Positions 32,950-45,290 of a stretch of DNA of 64,000 nt are shown here, piece after piece (the first letter of the stretch is position 1; each line of letters opens with the position of its first letter). Location: positions 1,302,001 through 1,366,000 of the forward strand of contig AP024664.1 of the NCBI GenBank assembly GCA_024346625.1, in the 5' to 3' direction. The position numbers and the translations under genes were made by a program. The notes under the pieces are model-generated. The model had not been told where the DNA came from, made no database searches, and worked only from the letters and a program-made list of their open reading frames with translations. Source of the DNA: Williopsis jadinii. Taxonomy: Eukaryota.

Positions 32950-35900
32950 CTAGTTGACCCACTTTCTGGCATTTCTGAAGAGTCTGACCCATGGACCATA
33001 GTTCTCCCAGAGTTCGGACTCATCAGCTGGGTACCAGGAGTTGGCCTCTCTTCTAACACATCTTTCAGGGTGAGGCATCATGGCAAGGACTCTACCATTT
33101 GGAGTTCTGATACCTGTGATACCATTTGGAGATCCGTTAGGGTTGAGTGGATATTTCTCAGTGACAGCACCGTAGTTGTCAACATATCTCACAGAGACAA
33201 GACCGTTGGCCTGTAAGCTCTCCAAGTCTTCCGATGACTTGAATGTGGCACGACCTTCACCGTGGGCAACAGCAATAGGGAACTTAGAGCCCTTCATACC
33301 GTCTAAGAACACAGATGGGGAGGCATCACCTTCTTCAGTGATCTCAACCATACACACTCTGGCTTCGTATTGCTCAGAGCTGTTCTTCTCGAAAGTTGGC
33401 CAGTTCTCAGTGCCCGGAATCAACTCTGCGATTCTTGACAAGAATTGACAACCATTACAAGCTCCAAAAGCGAATGTGTCATCACGCTCGTTGAAGAACT
33501 TGTAAAACTCCTTTCTGGTGTTTTCATGGTACAACACAGACTTGGCCCAACCTGAAGCGGCACCCAAAACATCACCGTAGGAGAAACCACCACATGCAGC
33601 CAAACCAACAAAGTCGTCTAGAGTAACACGGCCAGTCAATATGTCAGTCATGTGAACATCCACGGCAGTAAATCCAGCTTGTTCAAAGGACCAAGCCATC
33701 TCCATTTGACCGTTGACACCTTGTTCTCTCAAGATGGCAACCTTTGGTCTTGTGTCATATTTGGAGATAGACAACTCATCAGCTGGGTCAAAGGTTAGCT
33801 TGTAAGAAAGACCTGGATCCTGGTTGTCCAAGATAGATTGGAACTCTTGATCGGCAGATCTTGGATTATCTCTCAGTCTTTGCATCTTGTAGGATGTCTC
33901 TGTCCATGCTTGCTGCAACTGACCTCTGGCACCATTGAAAATAGTCTCCTTGTTATATGTTACAGTAATGTTTTGCTCCTTCGAGAAAGTAGGTTCACCA
34001 ACAACAAAAATGTATTCAGAAGAAACACCATTCTTCTCAAATACAGAAACAAACTCCTCGTATCTTGAAAGTGGAATTTGGAACACACCACCAAGTTCTT
34101 CATTAAACAATGTTGTTAAGGCATCTTCATCGCCAGAGAGTGTAATGTTCAAACCAGATCTAGCAGCAAAGGCCATTTCCAGCAAAGTTATAATGAGACC
34201 ACCATCAGATCTGTCATGGTAAGCCAACACCAAGTCCTTCACCTGGTGTAATTCCACAAGAGTATCTAGGAAGGACTTCAAAACAGCAGTATCGTGGACA
34301 GTTGGACAAGAATCACCAACTTGGTTGTAGACTTGAGCCAAGGCAGAACCACCCATGGATTTGAGAATCTTAGCAGCAAGGTCCACGAGAACGAGAACAG
34401 TTGGCTCTTCTTTTCTGATCAATTGTGGAGTCCAGGTTCTAGATGTGTTAGAAACTGGGGCGAAGGCAGTAATAACCAAAGAAAGCGGAGCAGTGACCTC
34501 CTTGTTGTCCCAGGTCATCTTCATAGACATAGAGTCCTTACCAACAGGAATGGAGATACCAAGAGCTGGACAGAGATCAAGACCAATAGCTTGGACAGCC
34601 TCATAAAGCTTGGAACCTTCACCTGCATGGGAAGCCGGAGACATCCAGTTGGCAGATAACTTGACAGAATCCAAGGACTTAACGTCGGCAGCGAATACAT
34701 TCATTAACGATTCAGCAACACACATTTTGGCAGATGCTGCTGCAGAGATCAAAGCCAATGTTGGCTTCTCACCCATTGCTAAAGCCTCACCAGTGGTGAG
34801 GATGGTATCACCCAGAGATGTTCCTGTAACACCGACATCAGAAACAGGCACTTGCCATGGGCCAACCATTTGGTCACGGTCGATTAAACCAGTCACAGTA
34901 CGATCACCAATGGTGATCAAGAAGTTCTTGGAACCGACGGATGGTAAGTGGAGTACTCTATCTAAAGCCTCTGCAATCTTAACATCATTGAACAATGTTG
35001 GCTGAAGTTTCAGCGGAGCTGTGACAGCAGTTCTGGACATCTTTGGTGGCTTACCGAACAAGATAGACATTTCCAAGTCGATAGGTGTTGTATTCAAAAG
35101 TCTGTCGGTCAACACGAGACGCTGTTCACTGGTAGCTTGACCAACAACGGCGTATGGGGCTCTTTCTCTTTCACAAATCTCCTTAAAAGTGGCCAAATCT
35201 TGAGGAGCAACACCCATAACGTAACGTTCCTGGGACTCGTTACACCAGATCTCCATTGGAGACATACCTGGTTCCAAACTCAAGATATCTCTCAATTCGA
35301 ACTTGGCACCGAGGTCATTGTCGTGAACCAACTCTGGAAGAGCATTTGAAAGACCTCCGGCACCAACATCATGGATAGACTGGATTGGGTTGTTAGGACC
35401 AAGTGCAACACAAGCATCAATAACTTGCTGTGCACGACGTTGCATTTCTGGGTTTCCTCTCTGGACAGAGGCAAAGTCCAAGTCAGCAGAACCCTCACCG
35501 GAAGCAATAGAGGAAGCAGCACCTCCACCAAGACCAATCAACATACATTGACCACCAAGAACAATCAAAGCAGAACCTTCAGTGATCTTACGGTCTTTCA
35601 AGGCGAATTGCGGTCTGATAGCACCCATACCACCGGCAATCATAATAGGCTTGTGGAAACCTCTAATCTCTTCCTTATCCTGGGCATTCTTAACAGTAGT
35701 TGTCAATGTTCTGAAGTAACCATTGATACATGGACGACCGAATTCGTTGTTGAAAGCTGCTGAACCAAGTGGAGCCTCGATCATGATATCCAAGGAAGAA
35801 GCAATGTGGTTTGGCTTGCCGACATCCTTCTCCCATGGCTGGTGGAAATCTGGAATCAGAAGATCAGAAACAGAGAAACCAGAGAGACCACACTTGGACT

Positions 35901-36981
35901 TAGAACCTCTACCAACAGCACCTTCATCTCTGATTTCACCACCGGAACCAGTGGCTGCACCGGCGAATGGAGAAACAGCAGTTGGATGGTTGTGAGTCTC
36001 AACCTTCACCAAAGTTTGGACTTTTTCCTTCTTAGAGCCCCAGACTTTAGTCTTTGAGTTTGGTGCATAGAAGTAACCTTCTGGACCTTCAAAGACAGCA
36101 GCATTGTCACTATAAGCGGAAACAGTGTATTGTGGGTTCTTTTGTTCGGTATTTCTAATCATCTTGAACAAACTGAGGTCCTTCTTTTCGCCATCAATAG
36201 TCCAGTCAGCATTGAAGATCTTGTGGCGACAGTGCTCAGAGTTAACTTGAGCAAACATGAAGAGTTCAACATCGGTTGGGTTTCTACCAATGGTCTTGAC
36301 AAAGGCATCGACTAAGTAATCAATTTCACCTTGATCAAGGGCCAATCCCAAAGCCTTGTTAGCGGTTTGTAACTTAACCTGTGGATTCTTTGACAAGTCA
36401 ACTTCAACCAACGGCTTTGGAGTGTGATGTTCAAACAGATCGTCCCTGACAGGTGCCTTTTCAACGTACAAAGTTTGAGTCATTCTGTCGAATACAGAGG
36501 CCAACGGGGAACCGTCACCGATGTACTCCTGAAGTGGGAACCCTGGACGAACTTGAATCAAGAGTGCCAACCCTCTCTCAACTCTGTCGATGTCGTCCTC
36601 AAAGCCACAAACAGTGGTGATGTTGGTGGCTTTAGATGACCATGGAGAAATGGTACCTGGTCTTGGAAGGATTCTAATCACATGGGAGTTTTCAACTTCT
36701 GGCGAGATAGATTCCTGTGTAGTAGAGATCTTGACCAATTCCTGGGTCAGGGAGTCTGTCATGTCAAGCTTTGAATCGTACTGTAAGAGGATTTGAAGAA
36801 GGTTAACCTTCTGTGAATCCTCTGCGAGTTTCGATCCCTCTTTGAGATGAACGTAGTGGATGTAAGCTGAACGCACATTGGTAACAACAGACGAGTTGAC
36901 TGCTGTGTTGATGTCGTTAGTCAAAGTAGCAACTCTGAATTGGGAGAGTGCTTGAGGACCAGCAAAGATCAACATAGACAT
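32950..36981 (-). CDS. ADE6: Phosphoribosylformylglycinamidine synthase
   Basis: [61 protein letters not shown]. Confidence 0.98.
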   Translation of the reverse strand: MSMLIFAGPQALSQFRVATLTNDINTAVNSSVVTNVRSAYIHYVHLKEGSKLAEDSQKVNLLQILLQYDSKLDMTDSLTQELVKISTTQESISPEVENSHVIRILPRPGTISPWSSKATNITTVCGFEDDIDRVERGLALLIQVRPGFPLQEYIGDGSPLASVFDRMTQTLYVEKAPVRDDLFEHHTPKPLVEVDLSKNPQVKLQTANKALGLALDQGEIDYLVDAFVKTIGRNPTDVELFMFAQVNSEHCRHKIFNADWTIDGEKKDLSLFKMIRNTEQKNPQYTVSAYSDNAAVFEGPEGYFYAPNSKTKVWGSKKEKVQTLVKVETHNHPTAVSPFAGAATGSGGEIRDEGAVGRGSKSKCGLSGFSVSDLLIPDFHQPWEKDVGKPNHIASSLDIMIEAPLGSAAFNNEFGRPCINGYFRTLTTTVKNAQDKEEIRGFHKPIMIAGGMGAIRPQFALKDRKITEGSALIVLGGQCMLIGLGGGAASSIASGEGSADLDFASVQRGNPEMQRRAQQVIDACVALGPNNPIQSIHDVGAGGLSNALPELVHDNDLGAKFELRDILSLEPGMSPMEIWCNESQERYVMGVAPQDLATFKEICERERAPYAVVGQATSEQRLVLTDRLLNTTPIDLEMSILFGKPPKMSRTAVTAPLKLQPTLFNDVKIAEALDRVLHLPSVGSKNFLITIGDRTVTGLIDRDQMVGPWQVPVSDVGVTGTSLGDTILTTGEALAMGEKPTLALISAAASAKMCVAESLMNVFAADVKSLDSVKLSANWMSPASHAGEGSKLYEAVQAIGLDLCPALGISIPVGKDSMSMKMTWDNKEVTAPLSLVITAFAPVSNTSRTWTPQLIRKEEPTVLVLVDLAAKILKSMGGSALAQVYNQVGDSCPTVHDTAVLKSFLDTLVELHQVKDLVLAYHDRSDGGLIITLLEMAFAARSGLNITLSGDEDALTTLFNEELGGVFQIPLSRYEEFVSVFEKNGVSSEYIFVVGEPTFSKEQNITVTYNKETIFNGARGQLQQAWTETSYKMQRLRDNPRSADQEFQSILDNQDPGLSYKLTFDPADELSISKYDTRPKVAILREQGVNGQMEMAWSFEQAGFTAVDVHMTDILTGRVTLDDFVGLAACGGFSYGDVLGAASGWAKSVLYHENTRKEFYKFFNERDDTFAFGACNGCQFLSRIAELIPGTENWPTFEKNSSEQYEARVCMVEITEEGDASPSVFLDGMKGSKFPIAVAHGEGRATFKSSEDLESLQANGLVSVRYVDNYGAVTEKYPLNPNGSPNGITGIRTPNGRVLAMMPHPERCVRREANSWYPADESELWENYGPWVRLFRNARKWVN

Positions 36982-36997
36982 GTTGGGTGCGTTCTAA

Positions 36998-37120
36998 CTA
37001 GGTGACACCATTTTGTTAGTACAACGAGCTGGTTGAAGTCTCGGAAGACATTGCCACGCATTCGCCCCCTCCGGCGCGGAAAGAGCATGACCTATGTCAA
37101 CCCACAGTGTACAATCATAC
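36998..37120 (-). other. 5'-UTR spliceosomal intron of ADE6
   Basis: Minus strand: GTATGA donor at 37120, TACTAAC at 37021-37015, TAG acceptor ending 36998, 16 nt before the ATG. Confidence 0.75.
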
Positions 37121-37249
37121 TAACAAACTAGCAAGTTTCTTTTCAGTTGAGTTTGGTTATCTCACCTAAACACCAGGAGAAAGGGCAAAGGGAAGAAAGC
37201 GTTGGATACCCTGTGTAAAATTTCTTGCAAAATTGTAATTTTTCCGTGA

Positions 37250-37314
37250 TGACTCTGGCCGAAATTGCACAATTGTCCAAACCCGGTAATTCTCCCCAAA
37301 TGGTAAGCGATGAG
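37250..37314. promoter_or_regulatory. Divergent promoter: TGACTC (Bas1/Gcn4) and PAC (GCGATGAG)
   Basis: TGACTC at 37250-37255 upstream of ADE6; GCGATGAG at 37307-37314 upstream of the UPF0390 gene. Confidence 0.55.
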
Positions 37315-37430
37315 CGAAAAACAGCGAAAAAAATTCACACAGCGAAACACACACACAGAGGGAACCCTCAATTGACACAACCTTGTGGTTAAGAGGTTCA
37401 AGGAAGTTTGATTATTAGTATATCATCAAG

Positions 37431-37706
37431 ATGGCACAAGCACCACTTAAAGTGAAGAGAAAAGAGAAGACGAGGATCACCAAGAAGCAGCAGAATCCTA
37501 AGAAGGCTGCGCCAAAGATCATCAAACCAAAGAATAAGCAACTGGCACAGATGGCCAAGTTGAACAAGTCATATTCCGTTACACACCAGACAGAGAAGCT
37601 CATCGCATCTCGTGTTGGGCACTTGGAGCTTCTGAAAGGTTCCAGAAGAGAAATAGAGAGAGCCGAGAAAGAGAAGAAGAGAAAAGAGGCCTTGAAGGGT
37701 AAGTGA
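37431..37706 (+). CDS. UPF0390/DUF2462 small basic protein (YLR363W-A-like)
   Basis: PLKV..RITKKQQNPKKAAP..TEKLIASRVGHLELLKGSRREIE. Confidence 0.88.
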   Translation: MAQAPLKVKRKEKTRITKKQQNPKKAAPKIIKPKNKQLAQMAKLNKSYSVTHQTEKLIASRVGHLELLKGSRREIERAEKEKKRKEALKGK

Positions 37707-37997
37707 TAAGGCTCGTTATGGTTAAAGAGTCGTTTTGCTTTTAGCCGCCACATTGTTGTGCTTCCTGTCCTTGTTTCCCAGACGGTTTTGTCTATCATAT
37801 ATATGATTCCTGAGTAATGAACACTTTATTGAAGTAGCGCCCTGTACACATCAGCGACTATCGTGGTGCACTGCAAATGCTACGGGCTTTTTGATCCAAT
37901 GCTTCCAGGTATGAAGGTTTTGTGTCTGATTGTGTATTTATAGCTCCAGCCGCCATGCCAGGATATGGTTTGATCTGTCTCACCGAACAACTAAGTT

Positions 37998-38069
37998 GCC
38001 TCCTTAGCTTAGTGGTAGAGCGTTGCACTTGTAATGCAAAGGTCGCTAGTTCAATTCTGGCAGGAGGCA
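37998..38069 (+). tRNA. tRNA-Thr(TGT)
   Basis: GCCTCCTTAGCTTAGTGGTAGAGCGTTGCACT-TGT-AATGCAAAGGTCGCTAGTTCAATTCTGGCAGGAGGCA followed by a T8 Pol III terminator. Confidence 0.97.
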
Positions 38070-38599
38070 ATTTTTTTTCAACCATTTACAGTGCATAATG
38101 TGTGTCCTGTACCAGATTCGATACTATTGGTTATACGTTACACAACATCGCTACTTAAACTCAATATCGGGCAATTACACCACCACAACCACTCGGTAAC
38201 AAACACATGGATTTCACCCGTGTGGATGAGGGCAGCAATTCAATGCGATCAACTCCATTTTGGGCAGTTTTCCCCTTCGAAATCAATTTGCCGTAGATAA
38301 AAAGCTTCTAATTTTTTTTGCTTTTTCACCACAAAATTCCCGAGATTGTGCTAACAGTTGACGTTAGCGGTGTAAATGTCGTCTCCCACTGCCGTTAACT
38401 CTTATAACATAAATTTTATGTGGGCAGCTCTCAATCGCAGTTTACCCCATTGAGAAATAAGGTCTTAGCAGAAGGAAAGAGACGGCGCATTTTCCATCTG
38501 ATCTACCCAATAACACTATCTCTTGGTGTATATATAATAGGAGGCACTTTGCTGTTTCCCTGAAGGTTTGAGGCAATTTCAACTAGACAAAGAAGCAGA

Positions 38600-39709
38600 A
38601 TGACAAACGATTTGGTGCTCGAACTCTCCACAGACCCTGAACAGATCAGATACACCCACCTACAAAATTCAAGCGCCTGGAGGGCCAAGTTAACCGCTGA
38701 AGAGTATGCTGATAGGGAATGGCTCATTGGATGTGAATCAAAGCTTGGTAAGAGAAAGGTTGATGAGAACCTTGGACTTTATCACTTTGTTCTACGTGAT
38801 AAGTCCATTGCATCTTCGGGTAAGTTTGGGGATATCGTGGCTTCTTGTGAGACCATGAACAGAAAAGCGTGGAGAATTGATCCTAAGGGCGAACTGGTTG
38901 AAGTGGTTGCTGCATGTATTGGTGGTGTCTTCACTTTGGAGCCATATAGAGGTAAAGGTTATGCCTGCACGATGATCTCCTTGTTGAACGAATATTGGGA
39001 TGAGCGCTTGGATAAGAGAGGGTTCATGTTCCTCTACAGTGAGGTTGGCGATTACTACAGCAGAGTGGGATATGAGAGTGCTGAGGTGAAAGTCCATGAG
39101 TTGCACAACCTAGAACAGTACAGGGACCCGGAGTTGGACTTGGATGTTTCAGATTACCATTTCTTGAAATATGAGGACTACTCCACTCTGGTTGAGCTTC
39201 AATACAAGAATGCTAAGGAATTCTTGATTTCCAAGTCGAAACAGACGGATAAAGTGTTGTACTCTCTCATTCCAAACATTGACACATATACGTGGTTCCA
39301 CGACAGGGACTTGTTCATCGCTTCGAAGCTTCGAGCAGAGAAGCAAGTGGACCACTTTGGCGTCACTTTGAATGATGGTACACATGACAGAGTGGTTTGG
39401 TTACACGACTGGAACTCTGATGATTTGACCATCGTGGCTCTCACCGCATCAAGCCATGAATCCTTCAAGAAGTTGTTAAACTTGTCGATATCCGAGGCAA
39501 TCAGCTGCAAATTCGACAGCATCCACATATGGCATTCCGGGCTTGGACAAGACCCTGAAACTGTTGCAGCCAACGTTAAATTCCTCGAGTCTAACAGCAG
39601 TTCAAAGTTGTTCCAAGATAACTCTTCAAGGTCTGCAATCAGGCCTTTGGACGGTTCACCATTGGGCACATACTCCTGGGAATTCAATGATAAATGGTGC
39701 TGGTTCTAA
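38600..39709 (+). CDS. GNAT-family acetyltransferase (Lyc1/YGR111W-like)
   Basis: IVASCETM, IGGVFTLEPYRGKGYA (acetyl-CoA motif), FLYSEVGDYYSRVGY, terminal WEFNDKWCWF. Confidence 0.8.
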   Translation: MTNDLVLELSTDPEQIRYTHLQNSSAWRAKLTAEEYADREWLIGCESKLGKRKVDENLGLYHFVLRDKSIASSGKFGDIVASCETMNRKAWRIDPKGELVEVVAACIGGVFTLEPYRGKGYACTMISLLNEYWDERLDKRGFMFLYSEVGDYYSRVGYESAEVKVHELHNLEQYRDPELDLDVSDYHFLKYEDYSTLVELQYKNAKEFLISKSKQTDKVLYSLIPNIDTYTWFHDRDLFIASKLRAEKQVDHFGVTLNDGTHDRVVWLHDWNSDDLTIVALTASSHESFKKLLNLSISEAISCKFDSIHIWHSGLGQDPETVAANVKFLESNSSSKLFQDNSSRSAIRPLDGSPLGTYSWEFNDKWCWF

Positions 39710-40060
39710 TCTCCCTAACCTGAGCTATCCACTTAGCCTATGAATGACCTTTCCGAAACATCTTGTCAATCTATATATCTTCATTCTCGTCCATGCTAAA
39801 AATAGAAGTAGTACGGTTGAATAACTGTAAATTTAGGCGCAGCACACAGGTTTGGCTGACATTCCAAATGATGAAAAACGCGAAACGCGTGAGGAAAGGC
39901 GATGATCCAGGAATTGGTGTTGTAATGGAGGAAAAACACAAAACTGTTTTATCAAGGTATAAAGAGTACTTTCTTCCTTCATTTACTGGGGTTTCACGCA
40001 GGGCGGCTGGTGAACCAATCAGGGCGGCTGATACTTGAGATACTCTAATTTGCTGTTGCG

Positions 40061-43000
40061 ATGAGCTATAATTACAACAACCAGGGCGGTGGGAGGAATC
40101 GTAACGATGGGGCTCGAGGCCGTGACGATAACACCCATAACCAGTACAACTACGACCAGTACTATCACGACGAGAGCCCCACAAGAACTGTTGAAGACAA
40201 CACACAGTACAACTACGACCAGCAGTACACGGCATCGCCACAGGATCCGTTCACAGGTACAGTGACAGGGAACGGGCTTTCGTCCGTTGAGCCATCGTAC
40301 ACCAGAGATTCGATCTCTCCTCAGCGGAGGGTTTCACAGGCCCACAACCAGGACTATGGTTACTCGAACGACTACGCATATCACCAGGACTATTCTATAC
40401 AGCAGAACCATGGTTATGCCAGAAGGCCTCCGTTTGATGAGGACACGTCTTACAATCCGGGTCCTATAGATACTGAGGTTGCTGGTACCCAATATCCTCA
40501 GCAATATTCGCCAATTGTTCAAGATCCGAACAACCTGCCGTCTATAAACGTCACTCAGTATGGAAATGCCCCATCGAATGTACTCGGTGAGTACAACGAC
40601 GAGGATTTCTACCACAACCAAACCGTTTCAGCTTCGACTTTCAATGCATTTCCAACAGACCCGGATCAGGAGCAAGCACAAGGACAAGCACCGCTCCCGC
40701 CAATGGGGGCCAACTTTTATGAAACCAATAACTCGTACAGTAACATTCCATTGACATCTCCTTATCAAAACGAGGCCATAGAGATGGATCGTTTTGATGC
40801 AAACCAGGAGGAGGAGATTGGCTTTAACCATCACATCGACGGTGATAACTATGAGTTGAATACCTTTGCCAAAGGTCCATACGATGCAGATGAAGAGTAC
40901 CCATTCGGTGACGAGAACGGCGAGGAAATCCCACAGGAACAACAACAGAGAAGAAAAATCGAAGTTGGTTTACTTAATGGTAATCTTATCCTTGATTGTC
41001 CAGTTCCTGATAGAATCTTGCAGAAATACGTTGGGAAGAATATCGATGATTCAAGAGAGTTCAAGTTCATGCGTTATCAGGCAGCCACCTGTGATCCAAG
41101 GGACTTTTCTCTGGATAACTTCAGTCTGAGACAGAGATATTACAAGAGACCCAGGGAATGTGAGCTTATGATCGTTATCACTCTATACAACGAGCCTGAT
41201 TTCCTCCTGGCCAGAACGCTTAAGGGTGTCATCGACAACATCAAGCATTTAGAGAGCAGAAAAAGATCTAGTACTTGGGGTCAAGATGCTTGGAAGAAGG
41301 TTGTCGTTTGTATCGTAGCAGATGGTCGTTCAAAGATTAACGAAAGTGCACAGGCTTTACTGGCTGGTTTAGGTGTTTACCAGGAAGGTTTTGCCAGAAA
41401 TGCTGTCAATGAAAAGAAGGTTGTATCACATATCTATGAGTACAGCTCGATGATTGGTATCTCATCCATTGAAAAGGAAACTGTCAAATTGACAACTGCG
41501 CCAGTTCCTACTCAGTTATTGTTCTGTCTAAAGGAAGAAAACAAGAAAAAGATCAACTCTCATAGATGGGCACTGGAAGCCTTTGGTGAGGTTCTACGCC
41601 CAAATGTTGTTGTGCTGCTGGATGCTGGTACACAACCTTCAAAGGACTCTATCTACCATCTCTGGAAAGAGTTTGACAAAGATCCAAATGTTGCAGGTAC
41701 ATGCGGTGAAATAAAGGCAATGTTGGGAAACAGATACGAAAAGCTACTCAATCCACTTGTTGCTGCACAAAATTTCGAATACAAAATGTCCAATATCCTT
41801 GACAAACCGATGGAATCCTCCTTTGGTTTCATATCTGTTTTACCAGGTGCATTCTCCGCTTATCGTTATTCAGCTTTGCTGAATCAACCTAATGGAGATG
41901 GACCGTTAGCGAAATATTTCGAAGGTGAGACTCTTCATGACCAAGGTGCTGGTATTTTCAAGTCAAACATGTACCTTGCTGAAGATCGTATTCTTTGTTT
42001 CGAGCTTGTTGCAAAGAGAAACTGTTCTTGGATTTTGAGATACTGCAGAAGTGCGTCTGCTGAAACAGATGTCCCGGAGGAAGTGCACGATTTTGTCTCC
42101 CAGAGAAGACGTTGGTTGAATGGTTCGTTCTTCGCTGCTATCTACTCAGTGGTTCATTTCCACAAGCTTCTTGGCGAGAGTTCTCATTCGATAGGAAGAA
42201 AATTTGCATTGTGTGTGGAATTTGTATACCAATTGGTCAATCTGCTCGTGTCATGGTTCTCATTGGCGTCGTACTTTCTAGTGTTTAGAATATTGACGAC
42301 ATCATTGGGAACACTATATGATCCATGCAGGTACCTCTCGGTGGTGTTCCTATGGCTTTACTTGTTATCTGTTGTCACCACATTTGTGTTGTCATTTGGT
42401 AACACTCCAAGAGGAACGCCAAAGTTCTACATCGTTATCATTGTGTTTTTTGCCATTCTTATGGCCTATATGATTGCAGCTGCCATTGTGATGTCTGTTG
42501 ACGCAATTAAGGGTATCGTTGCCGAAGGAAACATCACTGCTGCTACTCTATTCCAGAATGCAACGTTTAGGGACCTGATCATATCCACTGCATCAACATA
42601 TGCCCTATACTTCATAGCGTCAATCATACATTTGAAGCCGATGCACATGTTCACTTCATTTCTACAATACCTGCTCTTGAGTCCCTCATATGTCAATGTG
42701 CTGAACATCTACGCTTTTTGCAATCTACACGATATCTCTTGGGGTACCAAAGGTGCCACTGCACAAAGCTTGGGTGATGCCAAGATTACAGAGGATGGTA
42801 AGGTTGAGTTCATCGATGCCCCGATAACAACTGAAGAAATCAATGCGTTGTACGAGAAGCAGATGGACATCCTTGCGCATGTGCCAAAGCCCAAACCTGA
42901 GGTCACAGAAGAAAGCCTTCTGATAGAGGAGCAGAGACGTAAGGAGAAAGAAGACGAAAAGAACAAGAACTATTACGCATTTATCAGATCCATGGTGGTT

Positions 43001-43234
43001 CTCACATGGATCACTACAAACTTTGTGATTATTGCTCTGGTTCTGGAAACCGGCGGCGTGAACCAGTTGACCTCTGATTCTACTACAACAACAACTACTA
43101 CTACCACCGATGACTACGCTTCTAATCCACGGTCAGAAATCTTCTTGACAGTTATCTTATGGATCGTGGCCTTCATGGCAGCTTTTAGACTGATTGGAAC
43201 AGTGTATTATCTCATAGCTCGACTCATTAAATAA
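40061..43234 (+). CDS. CHS1: Class I chitin synthase (S. cerevisiae Chs1 / C. albicans Chs2-type)
   Basis: QNFEYKMSNILDKP, VLPGAFSAYR, MYLAEDRILCFEL, QRRRWLNGS; class-I-like IVADGRSKINE and SYFLVFRILT. Confidence 0.9.
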   Translation: MSYNYNNQGGGRNRNDGARGRDDNTHNQYNYDQYYHDESPTRTVEDNTQYNYDQQYTASPQDPFTGTVTGNGLSSVEPSYTRDSISPQRRVSQAHNQDYGYSNDYAYHQDYSIQQNHGYARRPPFDEDTSYNPGPIDTEVAGTQYPQQYSPIVQDPNNLPSINVTQYGNAPSNVLGEYNDEDFYHNQTVSASTFNAFPTDPDQEQAQGQAPLPPMGANFYETNNSYSNIPLTSPYQNEAIEMDRFDANQEEEIGFNHHIDGDNYELNTFAKGPYDADEEYPFGDENGEEIPQEQQQRRKIEVGLLNGNLILDCPVPDRILQKYVGKNIDDSREFKFMRYQAATCDPRDFSLDNFSLRQRYYKRPRECELMIVITLYNEPDFLLARTLKGVIDNIKHLESRKRSSTWGQDAWKKVVVCIVADGRSKINESAQALLAGLGVYQEGFARNAVNEKKVVSHIYEYSSMIGISSIEKETVKLTTAPVPTQLLFCLKEENKKKINSHRWALEAFGEVLRPNVVVLLDAGTQPSKDSIYHLWKEFDKDPNVAGTCGEIKAMLGNRYEKLLNPLVAAQNFEYKMSNILDKPMESSFGFISVLPGAFSAYRYSALLNQPNGDGPLAKYFEGETLHDQGAGIFKSNMYLAEDRILCFELVAKRNCSWILRYCRSASAETDVPEEVHDFVSQRRRWLNGSFFAAIYSVVHFHKLLGESSHSIGRKFALCVEFVYQLVNLLVSWFSLASYFLVFRILTTSLGTLYDPCRYLSVVFLWLYLLSVVTTFVLSFGNTPRGTPKFYIVIIVFFAILMAYMIAAAIVMSVDAIKGIVAEGNITAATLFQNATFRDLIISTASTYALYFIASIIHLKPMHMFTSFLQYLLLSPSYVNVLNIYAFCNLHDISWGTKGATAQSLGDAKITEDGKVEFIDAPITTEEINALYEKQMDILAHVPKPKPEVTEESLLIEEQRRKEKEDEKNKNYYAFIRSMVVLTWITTNFVIIALVLETGGVNQLTSDSTTTTTTTTTDDYASNPRSEIFLTVILWIVAFMAAFRLIGTVYYLIARLIK

Positions 43235-43361
43235 GACATTCATTCTTTTGGCTTGGTGTATTTTGTTTTTTTTTTTCATATCACTGTAGAAAAACGGCTT
43301 TCTCCAAGTTTCCAATCTTCTCTACACCCACTACACCAACGGAAAGCAACAGGTATATACA

Positions 43362-45290
43362 ATGGCCGGCGAAACACCACAGGAAGATGGAGACCAAGCT
43401 GGTGGATCCATCTTTGATGTCTTGAAGAAGATACTGTTGATGTTTCTTGTCGCCAACACTGTGTCTAACTTCATGAAGCCCAAAAGCCCTGAAACTGAGG
43501 CTGTCATCACGAACAGCGACGGGAATGCCACTGTTGCTCTCACTCCAACTCCGCTGAACAGCACTTTTTTGAAGATTGAAAAGCCTGTGAATCCATTCAA
43601 CCTTGTTGATGTGACGGATGACGAGGGCAATGTGGTGTCGCAAAGGAATGTGAGTTCCTTGGAGCAGCTCGTGTATGAGAACTCATTGATACCGGCAACG
43701 TTTTTATCGCCAATCTGGAAAGAAGGTGACTATGCAATTGATCTGAAATTCTACGTGGATGACCAGCGAGTTGCTTCAGATTCCGGAGAATTGCTGTTTG
43801 AGCTGTCTAATGTTACCATTGATAAGGTGAATGATGTCACTAAGCATTTTGTCTTGAAGGTCCCAGATAACGTGAAGTTCAACAACGGCTCCCTATACTT
43901 GCACACGTTCATTTCAAGAGATGGTTATCCTGAAGTTGGTCAAAAGACGGTTCAGCTAAACACTTTCTTCCCAAAGAAGAAAGTGGTGAAACTTCACAAA
44001 TTGATCGGTAGTGAGGAGGAAGCAAACGGTGCTAGCGACGTAGAGAATGCCCTTGATTATGAAACCCCACAAGAACAGCCAATTGTTGCCTATTGGCATC
44101 CAAATGTGACCATATCACTGGTTAAGACCAGGGGATTGGTTGATGCTAGAACACTTCCTCCCCCTTTGCTCGATATCTTCCCTCTAGACCCACTTGATCT
44201 TCGTGATAATTCGACTGGTCGTGTCACCCAGTACTTCCCACTCGTGTACCAGAACAAGTTCTGGCAATTGAGAAGCCATATGAGCGAGATCAACGCTACT
44301 ACAGATGAGCTTGAACTGAACTTGAACATTGACTTTGCCTCGTTCTGGAAAGTTCAAGTCCTTGTGCTTTTTAGTGATGGTATGGAACAACAGAAGAATA
44401 ATCCAATGTCCGTTACCGATGGCTCTGAACTTGACGCCATCAAGAGAATCCTGCTAGATACAAACCCATACCTTCTTGCAATCACCATCGCTGTCTCGAT
44501 TCTTCACTCTGTTCTGGAGTTTCTTGCTTTCAAAAATGACATTTCACATTGGAGAAATAAAAAGAATAACGTTGGTATCAGTGTTCGTTCTATCGTTGCA
44601 AATGTTATCCAACAGACCATCACATTGCTCTATCTCATTGACAACTCTGATGGAACCTCGTATATGATTTTGGCTTCTCAGGGGTTTGGAATACTCGTTG
44701 AAGCATGGAAGATCACCACCATTGTTAATATCGACATCCAATGGGACGGCTTGATTCCACGTGTCAGCATCACTGATAAATATCAATTAAGTGAGACTGA
44801 ACAGAAGACTAAGGAATATGACTCGATTGCGTTCAAGTATCTCTACTGGGTTGCGTCTCCGTTGCTGGTTGCCTATGCTGTCTATTCCTTGATGTACAAG
44901 GAACACAAGTCGTGGTATTCCTTTATAGTCACCACGCTTGTTGGTTTTGTCTATACCTATGGATTCCTCACCTTGGTTCCAAGTGTTTATATCAACTATA
45001 GACTCAAGTCAGTGGCGCACGTTCCAAAGAAAGCCATGGCCTACAAAGTGGTTAACACCTTCATCGATGACCTGTTTGCCTTTGTTGTGAAGATGCCATG
45101 GCTACACAGACTTGCCACGCTAAGAGATGATGTCATCTTCTTCATTTACTTATACCAAACGTGGATTTACAGAGTCGACTACTCAAGAGTAAACGAGTTT
45201 GGCCAAGGTGGTGAAGAAGAGGAAACCATCGTTGAGAAAGACTCTGACGGCAACAAAATTACAAAGAAAGAAACAAAGAAACAGAAGTAG
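43362..45290 (+). CDS. CLPTM1-family membrane protein
   Basis: NNGSLYLH, YWHPNVTI, ILLDTNPYLLAIT, LAFKNDISHW, INYRLKSVAH, NTFIDDLFAFVVKMP, YRVDYSRVNEFG. Confidence 0.93.
   Translation: MAGETPQEDGDQAGGSIFDVLKKILLMFLVANTVSNFMKPKSPETEAVITNSDGNATVALTPTPLNSTFLKIEKPVNPFNLVDVTDDEGNVVSQRNVSSLEQLVYENSLIPATFLSPIWKEGDYAIDLKFYVDDQRVASDSGELLFELSNVTIDKVNDVTKHFVLKVPDNVKFNNGSLYLHTFISRDGYPEVGQKTVQLNTFFPKKKVVKLHKLIGSEEEANGASDVENALDYETPQEQPIVAYWHPNVTISLVKTRGLVDARTLPPPLLDIFPLDPLDLRDNSTGRVTQYFPLVYQNKFWQLRSHMSEINATTDELELNLNIDFASFWKVQVLVLFSDGMEQQKNNPMSVTDGSELDAIKRILLDTNPYLLAITIAVSILHSVLEFLAFKNDISHWRNKKNNVGISVRSIVANVIQQTITLLYLIDNSDGTSYMILASQGFGILVEAWKITTIVNIDIQWDGLIPRVSITDKYQLSETEQKTKEYDSIAFKYLYWVASPLLVAYAVYSLMYKEHKSWYSFIVTTLVGFVYTYGFLTLVPSVYINYRLKSVAHVPKKAMAYKVVNTFIDDLFAFVVKMPWLHRLATLRDDVIFFIYLYQTWIYRVDYSRVNEFGQGGEEEETIVEKDSDGNKITKKETKKQK

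Noticed and set aside
37118..37131. Plus-strand TACTAAC...TAG resembling an intron 3' end
   Set aside because: Overlaps the minus-strand ADE6 donor; no plus-strand donor or transcript context
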